Source: a virus. From it: a stretch of 51,041 nucleotides of DNA. How positions within the stretch are numbered: position 1 is the stretch's first letter; every line of letters starts with the position of its first letter. The stretch is taken from the IMG/VR virus record IMGVR_UViG_3300028840_001916. One strand, 5' to 3'. Shown in pieces: positions 40,781 to 51,011 of this stretch. A program made the position numbers and the translations under genes. A model generated the notes under the pieces. It was not told the origin of the DNA. It did not search any database and saw only the letters and a program-made list of their open reading frames with translations.

Positions 40781-41174
40781 TTGTCCGCAGCAGCAGACTG
40801 TCTCAACTACTACGTATGAGTTGGCACAGGTGCCCCCTATGCTTGTAGACTACCACGGCCCAACCGACTTCACTGGCTACATGCCACGTACTATCTATTA
40901 TGGGCCGGACATAGGGGCCTTCGAGTGGTGGATGCAGGGCGACTTCAACTTCGATGCCTCAGTAGATGCAGCCGACTGGCCCTGGCTGGAATGGTGCTGG
41001 CGGTACTCCGGCCCAGGCGTGCCCTGCCCCTCCCGTACCCATACCGGCACAGGCGAGGTCGTGACGATCCGCTGCTTACTGGCAGACGAGGACAACGACG
41101 GCGACATAGACTTATATGACGTTGCCGCCTGGATGACACGGCAGGGTAACGTCCACCTGCCCCCATCTAACTAG
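40737..41174 (+). CDS. Predicted lipoprotein with two dockerin/EF-hand-like Ca-binding motifs (145 aa)
   Basis: MMKMTLLLLLLIGSSC signal. GDFNFDASVDAADW and DEDNDGDIDLYDVAAW. GTTGGAG 9 nt before ATG 40737. 44-nt overlap with the upstream gene. Confidence 0.5.
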   Translation: MMKMTLLLLLLIGSSCPQQQTVSTTTYELAQVPPMLVDYHGPTDFTGYMPRTIYYGPDIGAFEWWMQGDFNFDASVDAADWPWLEWCWRYSGPGVPCPSRTHTGTGEVVTIRCLLADEDNDGDIDLYDVAAWMTRQGNVHLPPSN

Positions 41175-41187
41175 TAGGAGAATAGAT

Positions 41188-41391
41188 ATGGCAATAAGAC
41201 AGGTAGAAGCCAAAAACACAGGTTTCGGATTCGTCGTTGAGTATAAGGTTATTCTCGTGCGGTTTATGTGTGGAAAGTGCCACGAGTGTTTCTATGTAGA
41301 GCGTAAGCCAGAGGGTAAAGCCGTATGTGATGTCGTTTCTTGTCCTTTCGGATGCTCTCAGAAGGAGGAGAAGGAAGAGAACCCACTCTGA
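41188..41391 (+). CDS. Small Cys-rich (zinc-binding-like) protein (67 aa) in a locally AT-richer segment
   Basis: SD GTAGGAG 7 nt before ATG 41188. CGKCHEC...C....CPFGC. Its 3' end overlaps the convergent 1081-aa gene by 34 nt. Confidence 0.55.
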   Translation: MAIRQVEAKNTGFGFVVEYKVILVRFMCGKCHECFYVERKPEGKAVCDVVSCPFGCSQKEEKEENPL

Positions 41392-44300
41392 CTTCGGCTG
41401 GGAGCGAACCCAAACGGAGCTGACGCCTGTGCCTGTCCGCCCTGATACCCAAAGCGTAGGCCCAGTGTCTCTCCCTGCTGGGCCTGTGATCTCTCCGGCA
41501 CGAGGCCCTGCCTGGCCTTCCGCTGGTACAGGTACTCCAGGAGGTTTCCAGGCTGCTCCTCCCGCCAGGGCTCTCGCAGTCGTGGCGTCGGCAGCGTTTG
41601 CAGTAGGTAGGGGTCCACTCCCATAAATTCGTCGGCTTCCTCCATCATGGCCATCCCTATCAAGGAGGACATGACAGGCCGTGCCTCTTGCGGGAGCGTT
41701 TCAAGCATCAGCTCGATCCGGGGGACCATGTACCGGCGATGCACAGCTCTCAAGTCGGCTTCCTTGAACTTCAGGCCGCCCATCCCAGGGTACACCTGCT
41801 CGTACTCGTCCTGGACTTGCTGGGCTGCCGCATAGTCGTTCTCGACCAGGGCATCCAGGTATGATCTGCGGTACTGCCGAATCCGGTCCCTCTGCGAGAT
41901 CAGATACCGCTCCAGCTCCTTCTCCATACGGCTGCCAGGATGACCCCCGGCAATCCCCACCGAGTCGGCGAATAGCTCGAACGGCGACATATACCCACGC
42001 AGGGACCCGCTAGGCGTATAGACAGGAATCCGCCCGTCCTCCAGCCGGTTGGAGTAGTCAGCATATCCACGCCCAACTAGCTTGGCTACCTCCGGGGCAA
42101 ACATCTGTGACCCACGGGCCAACGCCAGCCCGCCAGGGAAGAGAAGCGGCAGGGAATACCGCATCCGGTCAAACTTGCCCGTCAGCACATCCGAAGCAGC
42201 CGCCCCGGCTACTGACAGCACGGGCGGTATGAACGGTAAGGGGAAGCCTACTTGCCTCTCATGTGGGATGGGTAAGGCCCCGAAGAGCAGGCCGTGCGTC
42301 AAGTCCTGGTCCAGCAGGGTCTTGCCTGCCTCGTAGGTGATGCCGGACGTGGCCAGCATCCTCCCCAACGTGCCCCAGTTCCTCCCACCAAGGCCAGCCT
42401 GGGCAGCCGATCCCAGCTCCGTAGCCGGCCCAATCGCATACTCCAGCGTCCTAAAGGGGAAGATGCCGAACTGCTTGAGGGCGGGGCTCCAGCCGGCCAT
42501 CATGGCAGGGATGTTCGCCGGCCCGCCCAAGAACTGCGTCATCTCCGTAATTCGTCGGGCGAAGAAGGACACGTCCTGCCCCTTCAGCCCCTCGGCTACG
42601 GCTTTGGCTGCTGCCCCTTCGTAGGAGGCCAGCCGCACTGTAGTCTCGGACGCCTGGAAGAGAGCCATTAGGGCTTCCTTCACCTTCTCGGACTTCCGGC
42701 CGATGGGCGTCTGCATCTGGAGGGAGACCTCCCACGCCTGGTTCAGACTCTTGGCAATCGCCTCCTCCGCTAGTGGGGCCGAGACGAGGCCAGCCTCGGC
42801 GAACTCCGGGTACGCCTTGGCCAGGGCGGCGTCGTGCGTCAAGCCAGAGAAGCGGCTCTCGAAATACTTAGGTGCCTTCTCGAACGTCCTCTTCAGTCCC
42901 TCGGCCGTCCACTTCGGCCCGATAGCCGGCACCGTCGTCAGGAGCAACTGCATCAGGTTGTACGAGGCAGAGACCGGATTGCCACCCAGGGCCGACAAGT
43001 AGAAGTACCCTGCCGTCCGGCCCGAGATGTTCTTCAGCGAGAGGAGCCCACGATCTTCAGTGAGGGCGTTGGCCACCCACTGCCGAATGTTCTCCGGCAC
43101 GAGCTTCGCCCACTTGGCCGGCTCCGCCTTCGTGGCCGCATTGCCGAGGAGCTGTTCCGCCAGCCTCACCTTGCGGTCAGACCAGCGTAGGGAAGCCATC
43201 GCCTGCCTGAACGTCTGCCTCCCCAGGGCTAAGGGGATGTAGGTGTCCCGCATCATGGAGGCACGGACTGCCCCATCGGCCCCTGATTGTGCCAAGGCGT
43301 CCACGGACTTGCGGATGCCTGTCCCGTACCCCTGTAAGGTCCAGCCCCAGGCCCTCGCCAAGCTATGTATGTAGGAGGACATCACCGGCATGAACCGTAG
43401 GCTGTACTGCCGTAGACTACGATCCCCTGCGACTTTGGTGAACCGCTCCAGCTTGCCAGGCCGGAGCATGTCCTTCACCAACTCCAAGTCTTTGATCCGT
43501 GGCAGCATCCCGCCCTCTCGTGGCAGGACGTGCCCGGTCGAGACCATCGTGGCGGCATTAAGTGCCTGCTGCCCGAACATCCCCTCCTTGCCGCCGGCCT
43601 GTTCGACCAGGCTCATAGTCATCTGCTGGAATTCCTGCTCCGACAGGACAGACTTCAAGGGGAAGTAGTTTCTGAGCTTCTTGGACTTCTTGGCCATCTG
43701 GACGAGCTGCTCGGGCTCCAGGAAGCCAGACGCCGCCAACTGGGCCGCCATTGACTTGGACAGGCTACCCTTCTGGGCTCCCAACGACCGTGCCTTCGAG
43801 GCTGCATCCGTGTCTACCACGCCTTCGTCCAAGGCGGAGGCAAGGCTGGAGGGCTTCTTCTGGCGGCCGGTCTTTCGCCCAACCTTCTTCAACTGCTTGT
43901 CAAGGAGGACCATCCTCTGCTGGAGGGTGCCGAACACCTTGTCATAGAGTTCGTCGAGATGACCACGAACTTCTGCTACGAGGGTTTCGCCGGCCTTGCT
44001 GAACCGGATAGGTTGGAAGATAGCACCCTTCGCCCCCTTCGACACATCCAGCCCTGCCAGCCGTGCCGACAGAAGTATCTGGTTACGCACATCGAAGGAG
44101 AAGCCAGACTCTTCCGCCCGCATGATGGACTGTGCAATCTTATCCGCATGCGTCCGGCGGAAGGTCTCCACCTCGCGGAGTAGGCCCTTATACGCCTCCG
44201 GCAACGTCGTCTTCTTGCCCGAGATGGTAGTGGGTATGCCGTGGAATATCTCGTCGATGGCTCCGACACGACGCATGATTGGCCCGACACGTCGGCGAAG

Positions 44301-44603
44301 CCCTTCTAACCCCTTGGCGTACTGAAGCATCTCCCCAGCACGGGCGATTGGATACCGCAAGGCCAGGATAGCCCCGATGAGCACGACCGGGTTCGTAATG
44401 GTCCGTAAGGCAAAGTCATACAGGGTATTGCCCTGCCCGACGCCGAACTCGTCCGCTACTGTCCTACGTTGTGAGGGTGAGAGTGTCTCCGGTGCAAGTA
44501 AGCCCCGTGCGGCCCCACCTGCATCTCCTCTGAGTATGTTGGAGACAAGAAGTGTGGGTCGTTCAAAGGGAGAGTCAGAGTAATACGTCGGCAGCGTAGA
44601 CAC
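41358..44603 (-). CDS. Very large internal-virion/ejection-protein candidate (1081 aa, T7 gp16-like position)
   Basis: Last gene of the morphogenesis unit. SD AAGGAG 6 nt before GTG 44601-44603. Helical, Ala/Leu/Gly-rich. No lysozyme or transglycosylase motif seen. Confidence 0.5.
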   Translation of the reverse strand: MSTLPTYYSDSPFERPTLLVSNILRGDAGGAARGLLAPETLSPSQRRTVADEFGVGQGNTLYDFALRTITNPVVLIGAILALRYPIARAGEMLQYAKGLEGLRRRVGPIMRRVGAIDEIFHGIPTTISGKKTTLPEAYKGLLREVETFRRTHADKIAQSIMRAEESGFSFDVRNQILLSARLAGLDVSKGAKGAIFQPIRFSKAGETLVAEVRGHLDELYDKVFGTLQQRMVLLDKQLKKVGRKTGRQKKPSSLASALDEGVVDTDAASKARSLGAQKGSLSKSMAAQLAASGFLEPEQLVQMAKKSKKLRNYFPLKSVLSEQEFQQMTMSLVEQAGGKEGMFGQQALNAATMVSTGHVLPREGGMLPRIKDLELVKDMLRPGKLERFTKVAGDRSLRQYSLRFMPVMSSYIHSLARAWGWTLQGYGTGIRKSVDALAQSGADGAVRASMMRDTYIPLALGRQTFRQAMASLRWSDRKVRLAEQLLGNAATKAEPAKWAKLVPENIRQWVANALTEDRGLLSLKNISGRTAGYFYLSALGGNPVSASYNLMQLLLTTVPAIGPKWTAEGLKRTFEKAPKYFESRFSGLTHDAALAKAYPEFAEAGLVSAPLAEEAIAKSLNQAWEVSLQMQTPIGRKSEKVKEALMALFQASETTVRLASYEGAAAKAVAEGLKGQDVSFFARRITEMTQFLGGPANIPAMMAGWSPALKQFGIFPFRTLEYAIGPATELGSAAQAGLGGRNWGTLGRMLATSGITYEAGKTLLDQDLTHGLLFGALPIPHERQVGFPLPFIPPVLSVAGAAASDVLTGKFDRMRYSLPLLFPGGLALARGSQMFAPEVAKLVGRGYADYSNRLEDGRIPVYTPSGSLRGYMSPFELFADSVGIAGGHPGSRMEKELERYLISQRDRIRQYRRSYLDALVENDYAAAQQVQDEYEQVYPGMGGLKFKEADLRAVHRRYMVPRIELMLETLPQEARPVMSSLIGMAMMEEADEFMGVDPYLLQTLPTPRLREPWREEQPGNLLEYLYQRKARQGLVPERSQAQQGETLGLRFGYQGGQAQASAPFGFAPSRSQSGFSSFSSF

Positions 44604-44613
44604 ATACTACTCC

Positions 44614-45768
44614 TTACATGCCGGCCGTAGCGGCACCAGGTTCAGCCGTGTAGTCCTTCAGGCCACTACTCATTAGAGCTTGACGGATTGCGTCTTCGTT
44701 GAGGCCGCTTGAGCCGAGAAGCCCGGCGTCGGCCAGTGAGCTAATGATGGCCGAGACAATACTTGCCGTATCATCTGTCTCTCCAGTAGTAGCTCCCTCA
44801 GACAAGTCAAAGAGGTTTTGCTCCTCCTTCCAGGTCTGGGCCGCCCTCTCCAACTCATTCGTAGTGACCTGGACGAACTCCCAAGGGTTAGCCCCGGCCG
44901 CCTGTGCGACGGCCCACTGGTTCGCAATCCACCCCTCTACTCCACCGTAGATGTCGGCTGCCGTGCCTTGTCCTTGGTACAGGATGTCCCGCACGAAGTC
45001 TTCCTGGGACATGCCAAGGTTGTTCTGATACCAATTCGTGACGGTCTGTAACCGCCCGCCAGGAGTATGGGCCGCATCCTGCACTCCCCCGAAGTAGAAG
45101 TCGGCGGGCTGGTAGATGTCCTGGCCGATGATCTTGTTCGCCGCCGCCATAGCCTCCGCCGAAGGGCCAGTGAAGATGTCCGGCACGGGACTACCCACTG
45201 CTCCTCCTGATGATTGGTACAGGAGCATCCCGTATACTTCATTGGCCAAGTCCGGCTCCAAGGCCGAGAGGTAGTTCATCGTTCTAGTATCTAGCCCGAG
45301 GGCCTCATCCAGATGAACACCTTGAAGTGACGTATCGTAGCCTTGTGCCAGGAGAGCCTCCTCCAGGGCGGTACGGTCCTGCTGCCACCTCGTCGCGAGA
45401 TCACCAAGGAGTTTCCCCTGGTCGAGAGAAAGACCGGCTGCACCTAGAGTTTGTGCTGCCTGTGCTTCTGGCGAGAGAGCCGGACTTGTACCGCCGAAGA
45501 GGTCCTCCGGCTTCATCTGAGACATGCCGCGATGGCGGGCTAGTTGGCTCGGCGTAAGCCCGCTAAGGTCAATCGGCTGCGGAGGTAGCAGTGAAGTCTG
45601 GCTCCGGCCTGGCAGCACTCGTACTGTCCTTCCACCACTTGTCGAAGTCGTAGCCGCCGAGGTGGGTGTAGTTTGTGCCGACCCACGCGGTATAAGCGTA
45701 GGGGCAGCGTTCTCATCGGTCAGCCTGAACTGGCTCCCCCATTTACGACTGAGTGGACTCCAAGCCAT
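44614..45768 (-). CDS. Internal-virion-like protein (384 aa)
   Basis: SD AGGAG 7 nt before ATG 45766-45768. Confidence 0.6.
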   Translation of the reverse strand: MAWSPLSRKWGSQFRLTDENAAPTLIPRGSAQTTPTSAATTSTSGGRTVRVLPGRSQTSLLPPQPIDLSGLTPSQLARHRGMSQMKPEDLFGGTSPALSPEAQAAQTLGAAGLSLDQGKLLGDLATRWQQDRTALEEALLAQGYDTSLQGVHLDEALGLDTRTMNYLSALEPDLANEVYGMLLYQSSGGAVGSPVPDIFTGPSAEAMAAANKIIGQDIYQPADFYFGGVQDAAHTPGGRLQTVTNWYQNNLGMSQEDFVRDILYQGQGTAADIYGGVEGWIANQWAVAQAAGANPWEFVQVTTNELERAAQTWKEEQNLFDLSEGATTGETDDTASIVSAIISSLADAGLLGSSGLNEDAIRQALMSSGLKDYTAEPGAATAGM

Positions 45769-45770
45769 GA

Positions 45771-47006
45771 CTACGCTCCTAGCAGTTGCTCAATCAGCTC
45801 AGGTGGGAGCTGTGACAAATCTGGCTGGCCTGCCGCTTGCTCTCCGCCTACGCCACCCTGTCCGAGCATGATTGCACCTTCGGGCAAGGACGACCTGGGC
45901 AAGTCCCTATACTGTGAGGCTAGGTGTGCCAACACACCAGGATCGGACTGGGCGACCCTCCGTGCCCGCTGTAGCAGGGCCTCCTCGATCTCTGCCTCGC
46001 GGACCATCTGACTCGAAGATGGGAGGAGTGAGGCCAGGCGTTCAGCCAAGCGTTCGTTCTCCTGCTGGCGAGCAAGACCACGCTCTCGTGCTTCGAGGCC
46101 GGTCTTGACGACGCCGCCTACTGCTTCCCCGGCGGCAAAGCCAGCAACGCCAGGAAGCCAGGGGTGTTTCCGCATCATGGCGGCCGTGCCGGCAATAGGC
46201 TCCTTCAGCACACGCCCCAACGTAGCAGGTTTAACCTTACCGGCGGCCTTCTGTACTCCGGCTGGAATCTTGGACTTCAGGGAAGCCACATCGCGGCCGA
46301 CCGCTTTCGTCAAACGCTTGAAGGCGGGGTCCAACTTCTCCAGGTCTTTAGGCGTTGCGGCTCCCGTATACGCTTGGAAGACCGTCATTGCACCCAATCG
46401 TGCTGCCTTCGCCGCCCGTGCTGGTGTAGCGGGCAGGCTGGTCGTGATCTCCTGGATAGCACGCTGTAGCGGTTTCCCTGCTGCCGGCCCGACCAAATCT
46501 CCGGCTCCCTTGGGCAGGTTCAGCCGTTGGGCCATCCTGGTGAAGATGGCCTGAGCCTTCTCCGGGTTCTTGGAAGCCAGGGCTTTCGTGAAGGCTTGCA
46601 GGTCTCGCTCGACTGTGGCGGCTTTTAGCCCGCCCGCACGCCCTGCTGTAGCCCGTGCTGCCTTGGCCTCGGCGGCAGTCATCTCCGACTCTAAGGTCTG
46701 TCCGAGGCCGGCGGCAATACCTTTGGTCGCACCAGGAATCTTCTCCGAGATAACCTTGCGAAGGGCTTTGCCTAACTGTGACTCGTCCAGACGGATAAGG
46801 CCCGTCTTGAACTTCTGCAAAGCCTTCTGGATGTATGGAAATGCCTTCTCCGGCACGTTCAACTGAGCGTCAGTCAGGAGAGCACGTATCGTCTGTTTAG
46901 ACGGATTCTGGTAGAACGCCAAGAGGCTGTTCTTCAGGCCGGAAGCGATAGTCGCCCCAGGATAGAACGGCTTGGTCGGATCGACGGGAAGTGGTTGGTC
47001 TGCCAT
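45771..47006 (-). CDS. Internal-virion-like Ala-rich protein (411 aa)
   Basis: GGAG 8 nt before ATG 47004-47006. The track start at 47036 overlaps the upstream gene and was trimmed. Confidence 0.6.
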   Translation of the reverse strand: MADQPLPVDPTKPFYPGATIASGLKNSLLAFYQNPSKQTIRALLTDAQLNVPEKAFPYIQKALQKFKTGLIRLDESQLGKALRKVISEKIPGATKGIAAGLGQTLESEMTAAEAKAARATAGRAGGLKAATVERDLQAFTKALASKNPEKAQAIFTRMAQRLNLPKGAGDLVGPAAGKPLQRAIQEITTSLPATPARAAKAARLGAMTVFQAYTGAATPKDLEKLDPAFKRLTKAVGRDVASLKSKIPAGVQKAAGKVKPATLGRVLKEPIAGTAAMMRKHPWLPGVAGFAAGEAVGGVVKTGLEARERGLARQQENERLAERLASLLPSSSQMVREAEIEEALLQRARRVAQSDPGVLAHLASQYRDLPRSSLPEGAIMLGQGGVGGEQAAGQPDLSQLPPELIEQLLGA

Positions 47007-47007
47007 T

Positions 47008-47475
47008 CTACAATCTCCGCACGACAGGGACTCCACGAGAGCCGAACCACTCGTTCACAGCAGGGTCCTTCTGGGCAGGCACTCCATTGAGGTAGTCACT
47101 CGGCATCAGCTTATGGCCGGAGACCGCCGACATCATCTTGTCGAGGCCGATGCCCCGACGGCGGGCCTCTTCGGCCAAGGGTGAGAGGTAGCCTGTCTCG
47201 CGTGAGCGTAAGCCCATCTGTGCCAGTTGCATCTCACCCTCGCGGAGTAAGCGGTCGGCACCCTCTTCCGTAGTCTGGCGGAAGGTCTCGTTCGCCGCCA
47301 ACGCCGACCTGGCCTGCTTCCGCTGAAGTATCTCTGCCTGCTGGGCTCTAGCAAGCAAATCCTCAGCGGTCAAGTTGCCGGCGTAGTGTTCTTCGATAGC
47401 CCTGATGGCCCAAGGGATTCCCTGCGATGCCAAGGACCAGAGTAACGCAATTCCTGCCCAGCCTGCGAATCCCAT
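47008..47475 (-). CDS. Small virion-associated protein with N-terminal TM (155 aa)
   Basis: MGFAGWAGIALLWSLASQGIPWAI..., then a helical charged region. Confidence 0.6.
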   Translation of the reverse strand: MGFAGWAGIALLWSLASQGIPWAIRAIEEHYAGNLTAEDLLARAQQAEILQRKQARSALAANETFRQTTEEGADRLLREGEMQLAQMGLRSRETGYLSPLAEEARRRGIGLDKMMSAVSGHKLMPSDYLNGVPAQKDPAVNEWFGSRGVPVVRRL

Positions 47476-47478
47476 CGT

Positions 47479-49536
47479 CTACTTCCTTTTCTTCTTCTTC
47501 CTCTCGTCGGGTCGGATGTAGTATTCCTGGTAGGCAGTGTACGGGCCGCCAGCATCCTCGAAGTTGAAACCAGACTCCTCTTCCCCTGCCCCGCCTATAG
47601 TAAGTAGGTTATCTTCTCGTTCGCCCATCATCCTGTAGAACGCCTCGTTGGCTTCTTGTTCTAATGGTGTAGGGCCTGGAGCCACCAAGAACCCCGGCTC
47701 GGCAAGAGGAGTTAATTCAATCCCGCTCGCAGTAGTCGTAGGAGCAAACGCCGGCCGCCCAAACGGCCCGAGGTCGAAGTCAAGCTGCGGCGACAACTCC
47801 TTCACCATGTTTCGGCGGGCTTCGGCATACGCATCGTCGAAGAGTGATGGCCCAAGGATACGTAGCAACACGTCCTCCGGCCCGGCCCCGACTGAGCCTT
47901 TCGCCAATGCTTCCTCGACGGCGGCCTCCACGTTCTCAGGGGCCAAGAGCGAGACGATGTTCCTCGTCGCCTCCTCGGCCAGGACTGGAGCCGTCCTGGA
48001 CGTGATAGCGGACAAGGTGGCAAGTATCTCCATCATCTTGTCGGCGTTACGAACGGCAGTACCGGAGGACATCATCTGGCGAATCTTGGCATCTGAAGGT
48101 GCGCCCAGGCCAGCATCGCGGAAGTCCTGGCGTAGGGCCTCGAATGCCGCCTCGGTCGGCATCACATCCGAGATTGCCGCACGCTCTTCCTCGGTCATCT
48201 CCTTGCCCCGAGGGTGCTCTTCCCTCTTGCCGCCGGCACGCCAGTAGTCCAGACGCGACGGTAACTCTTGCGTCAGAGACTCTAAGGCCCCGTTGAGGTT
48301 GTTCATCCCGATGTAGTGTGAGAGCGTAACAGGATTCGCCTGCGGGTCTTTCACATAGGAGATGAGGTTGTTAAGGCTCTGCTCCATCTCGCTGCCGTAG
48401 ATTTCGCCCATGACTCGTCCGAGTGCGGCCACGGCATCTTCGGTGTCGGCATACTCACCCATCAAGATGAATCGGCCAAGCCCGTCCGCCGCTCGCTGGT
48501 GAAACAGCCCCTTAGTGTAGATTTTGGATGCCGACTGGAGGATGTCTTGCGTCCGTACCAGCTCCGCCCGAATCTTGGACGTAACGACTGCCGTATCGTG
48601 GATGGCCAGGCCAGAGTCGGAGGCGTGCTGTGCTCCAGCTACGATGGCATCAGCCAGCGTTGCCTGTGTAGTAAGCCTGAAGTCCTGGGCACTATCGAAC
48701 ACAGGCTTACCTTCAGCGTCTCGTAGGGGCTCGCCCTTCGGCGTGTTCAGCACGTCCTCGGTTGAGACGCCAAGCTCCGCTGCTACTACGCCTGCTTGAG
48801 CTTTGAGTATGTCTTGCCCGTAGGTGGACATCTTCTCCGAGAGGGCCTGCATGTTCCTAGCTGTAAGAGTCAGAGTATTCATGTAGGCTGCCACTTGTTC
48901 GCGGTTGCCCTCCGCCGATGCAGCCTGCAAGCCAGTCATTAAGCCGGACATAGGGCCGGCGACTACTTCTCCGCCAGGTCCGACTTCCGTACCTCCGCCA
49001 AAGATGAGCTTCAAGCTGTTATTGTACTCATTCCGGTACATATTGTAGCCCGTCTGGGCACGCAGGACGTTATCTTTTGCGGCAGCGATCCGGTGCTGCT
49101 GGGCCAGCTCAGCCTTCTCTGCTACGAACTGCTCTTCAGCGAGGTTGGCCCTCTTCATCGCTGGGGCAGTCTGGAGTTCTGCTACGTCCAGGGCTGTCTC
49201 ACGCTGGGACTGGAGCTGCTCCCGCTTGAAGTCGATGTCTTCCTGCCGCTCACGCTTGCGAGTACGTTCCCTAATGCCTTCCGTGATGCCTCGCCCAAGT
49301 GCGTCAAACCCAGACTGGACGAGGTTGATCTGGGCCATAGCGTTGGTCTGCCGAGCCTGTGCTTCGACAGCACGGGCTTGGGCGGCCTGCTGCTGTTGCT
49401 GCTGGAGGGCATTCTGGAAGAGGGCCTGGATGTTCATGCCTACGCTGGCACCGCCCCCGCCTCCACCTACGCCGGGCACTTGAGGCGGAGCAGCCGTCGG
49501 AATCTGAATCATGGATGGATTGGGTTGCGTTGCCAC
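47479..49536 (-). CDS. Internal-virion-like coiled-coil protein (685 aa) ending in RKKKKRK
   Basis: Q/A-rich N-terminal coiled coil, GTG start, C-terminal poly-Lys. Confidence 0.6.
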   Translation of the reverse strand: MATQPNPSMIQIPTAAPPQVPGVGGGGGGASVGMNIQALFQNALQQQQQQAAQARAVEAQARQTNAMAQINLVQSGFDALGRGITEGIRERTRKRERQEDIDFKREQLQSQRETALDVAELQTAPAMKRANLAEEQFVAEKAELAQQHRIAAAKDNVLRAQTGYNMYRNEYNNSLKLIFGGGTEVGPGGEVVAGPMSGLMTGLQAASAEGNREQVAAYMNTLTLTARNMQALSEKMSTYGQDILKAQAGVVAAELGVSTEDVLNTPKGEPLRDAEGKPVFDSAQDFRLTTQATLADAIVAGAQHASDSGLAIHDTAVVTSKIRAELVRTQDILQSASKIYTKGLFHQRAADGLGRFILMGEYADTEDAVAALGRVMGEIYGSEMEQSLNNLISYVKDPQANPVTLSHYIGMNNLNGALESLTQELPSRLDYWRAGGKREEHPRGKEMTEEERAAISDVMPTEAAFEALRQDFRDAGLGAPSDAKIRQMMSSGTAVRNADKMMEILATLSAITSRTAPVLAEEATRNIVSLLAPENVEAAVEEALAKGSVGAGPEDVLLRILGPSLFDDAYAEARRNMVKELSPQLDFDLGPFGRPAFAPTTTASGIELTPLAEPGFLVAPGPTPLEQEANEAFYRMMGEREDNLLTIGGAGEEESGFNFEDAGGPYTAYQEYYIRPDERKKKKRK

Positions 49537-49568
49537 TTCTTCTATCCTATTCCACGGAAGAGGCCAGA

Positions 49569-51011
49569 CTAGTCACCGCCGCCCTCACTGCTACCGCCAC
49601 CACTACCGGCACCGATGCCGGCCCCAAGTAGGTCGCCACCCAAACCGAGGCCGCCACTTATCCAGGCGGATTCAGTCATGGCGTCGGCCTGGTCCTGGGC
49701 TGCGTCGTAGGACTTCTGCGTCTGCCAGGCCGATGAGAAGGACCCGAGGCCGGTCATCGCCCCTCCGAGCCACGCCATCGTCGGTGCCGTCGCGTTGGCG
49801 AAGTTACTGATGTCAAGGCCAGCCTTCGTGGCCCATGCCTGATACGCCTCAGACTTAAACGCATTCTGAATGCCGAGTAAGGTCGTGCTGAGGATAGCTA
49901 CAGGCTCCGGCCCGACGGCCATATTAGCCGCCACATAGTCGTAGTTGCCTGAGAGTTCCTGAATCCGCATCTGGCCGATCCAGTTCTCCATTGCGATAGT
50001 GGCATTCAAGTCATAGTTCGCCTGTGCTTCTTTCAGGCTGTTATTCAGCACGACGGCGGACTTCTGCAAATCGGCAGAGCTTAGTACGGCTTGCGTGATT
50101 GCTCCGACACCCAAGCCAGCAATGGAGACTACTCCCGACTGCATGAGCTGGTCAGCCTGTGAAAGCTGCTCACCCACTCGCAGCATGAAGTCCATCATAC
50201 GGGAGGACTCCTGGCCGACGAGGGCGTTATACATCTGCCGCATTGCAGCCCCACCAGTCAATCGGATGGAGTTCTCCGAGATGGCCAGGGCTTCCGGCCC
50301 CATGCCCAACTTTGACAGCTCATCTCTCTCTGTGTCGATGGCAGTCTGGATGTCAGCGTCGATGGACTGCCTGGCGGCCCCCATCATCGAAGCCACCTCG
50401 TTCGTGACCTGTCTCGCCATATCCAGCAAGCCAGAACGGGTCTGCTCCCGCAAGGTCGTCATGGCCTGCATGGCACCCTTGAGCTGGGTCATGGCAGGGC
50501 CAAGAACCTCTTGCTTCAATGACTTCGAGCGGTAGAGGAGGTCGTCTACCTTCTGGCCGGCGTCCTTGAAGGCTGCAAGGCCCCGTTGGCGGGTGCCAAG
50601 GAATTCCTGCTCTCCTGCTTCACGGACGCCAGGCAACTCCTGCAAGAGCTTGCCCAAGTTCATCAGGCCCTTGACGGACCTATCGTGGGCAGTCTTAGCC
50701 GCCGCCGTAGTCCGTGCCAGGTCGGATAACGCTAACGCCTGGGCTTCCTCCGGCTGCAAGAAGGAGGGCATGCCCCCCTGGAGCTTCTCCGGCAAAGTGG
50801 CCTGTAAGGAAGTAGGAACCTCGACGCGATGGCCGCCCCCAGCAGAGTAGGCATTGCCCTTCTCGCCAGTGTACCAACTGGAGTTCCAGCCGAGCATGGG
50901 GGCATCGCCGATCTGCGGCACCTTCTTCTCGATCTCTTCGGAGGCCGCCCAGCCGAGACCGGCCTGGGCTAAGGGCACGCCGAATTGAGCTAGAGTATCA
51001 ACAAGGCTCAT
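49569..51011 (-). CDS. Internal-virion-like protein (480 aa) with Gly-rich C-terminus. Its N-terminal codons are duplicated in the terminal repeat.
   Basis: ATG 51009-51011 (= 112-114) lies 1 nt after the stop of the 837-aa gene in the circular map. C-terminus GGLGLGGDLLGAGIGAGSGGGSSEGGGD. Confidence 0.6.
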   Translation of the reverse strand: MSLVDTLAQFGVPLAQAGLGWAASEEIEKKVPQIGDAPMLGWNSSWYTGEKGNAYSAGGGHRVEVPTSLQATLPEKLQGGMPSFLQPEEAQALALSDLARTTAAAKTAHDRSVKGLMNLGKLLQELPGVREAGEQEFLGTRQRGLAAFKDAGQKVDDLLYRSKSLKQEVLGPAMTQLKGAMQAMTTLREQTRSGLLDMARQVTNEVASMMGAARQSIDADIQTAIDTERDELSKLGMGPEALAISENSIRLTGGAAMRQMYNALVGQESSRMMDFMLRVGEQLSQADQLMQSGVVSIAGLGVGAITQAVLSSADLQKSAVVLNNSLKEAQANYDLNATIAMENWIGQMRIQELSGNYDYVAANMAVGPEPVAILSTTLLGIQNAFKSEAYQAWATKAGLDISNFANATAPTMAWLGGAMTGLGSFSSAWQTQKSYDAAQDQADAMTESAWISGGLGLGGDLLGAGIGAGSGGGSSEGGGD

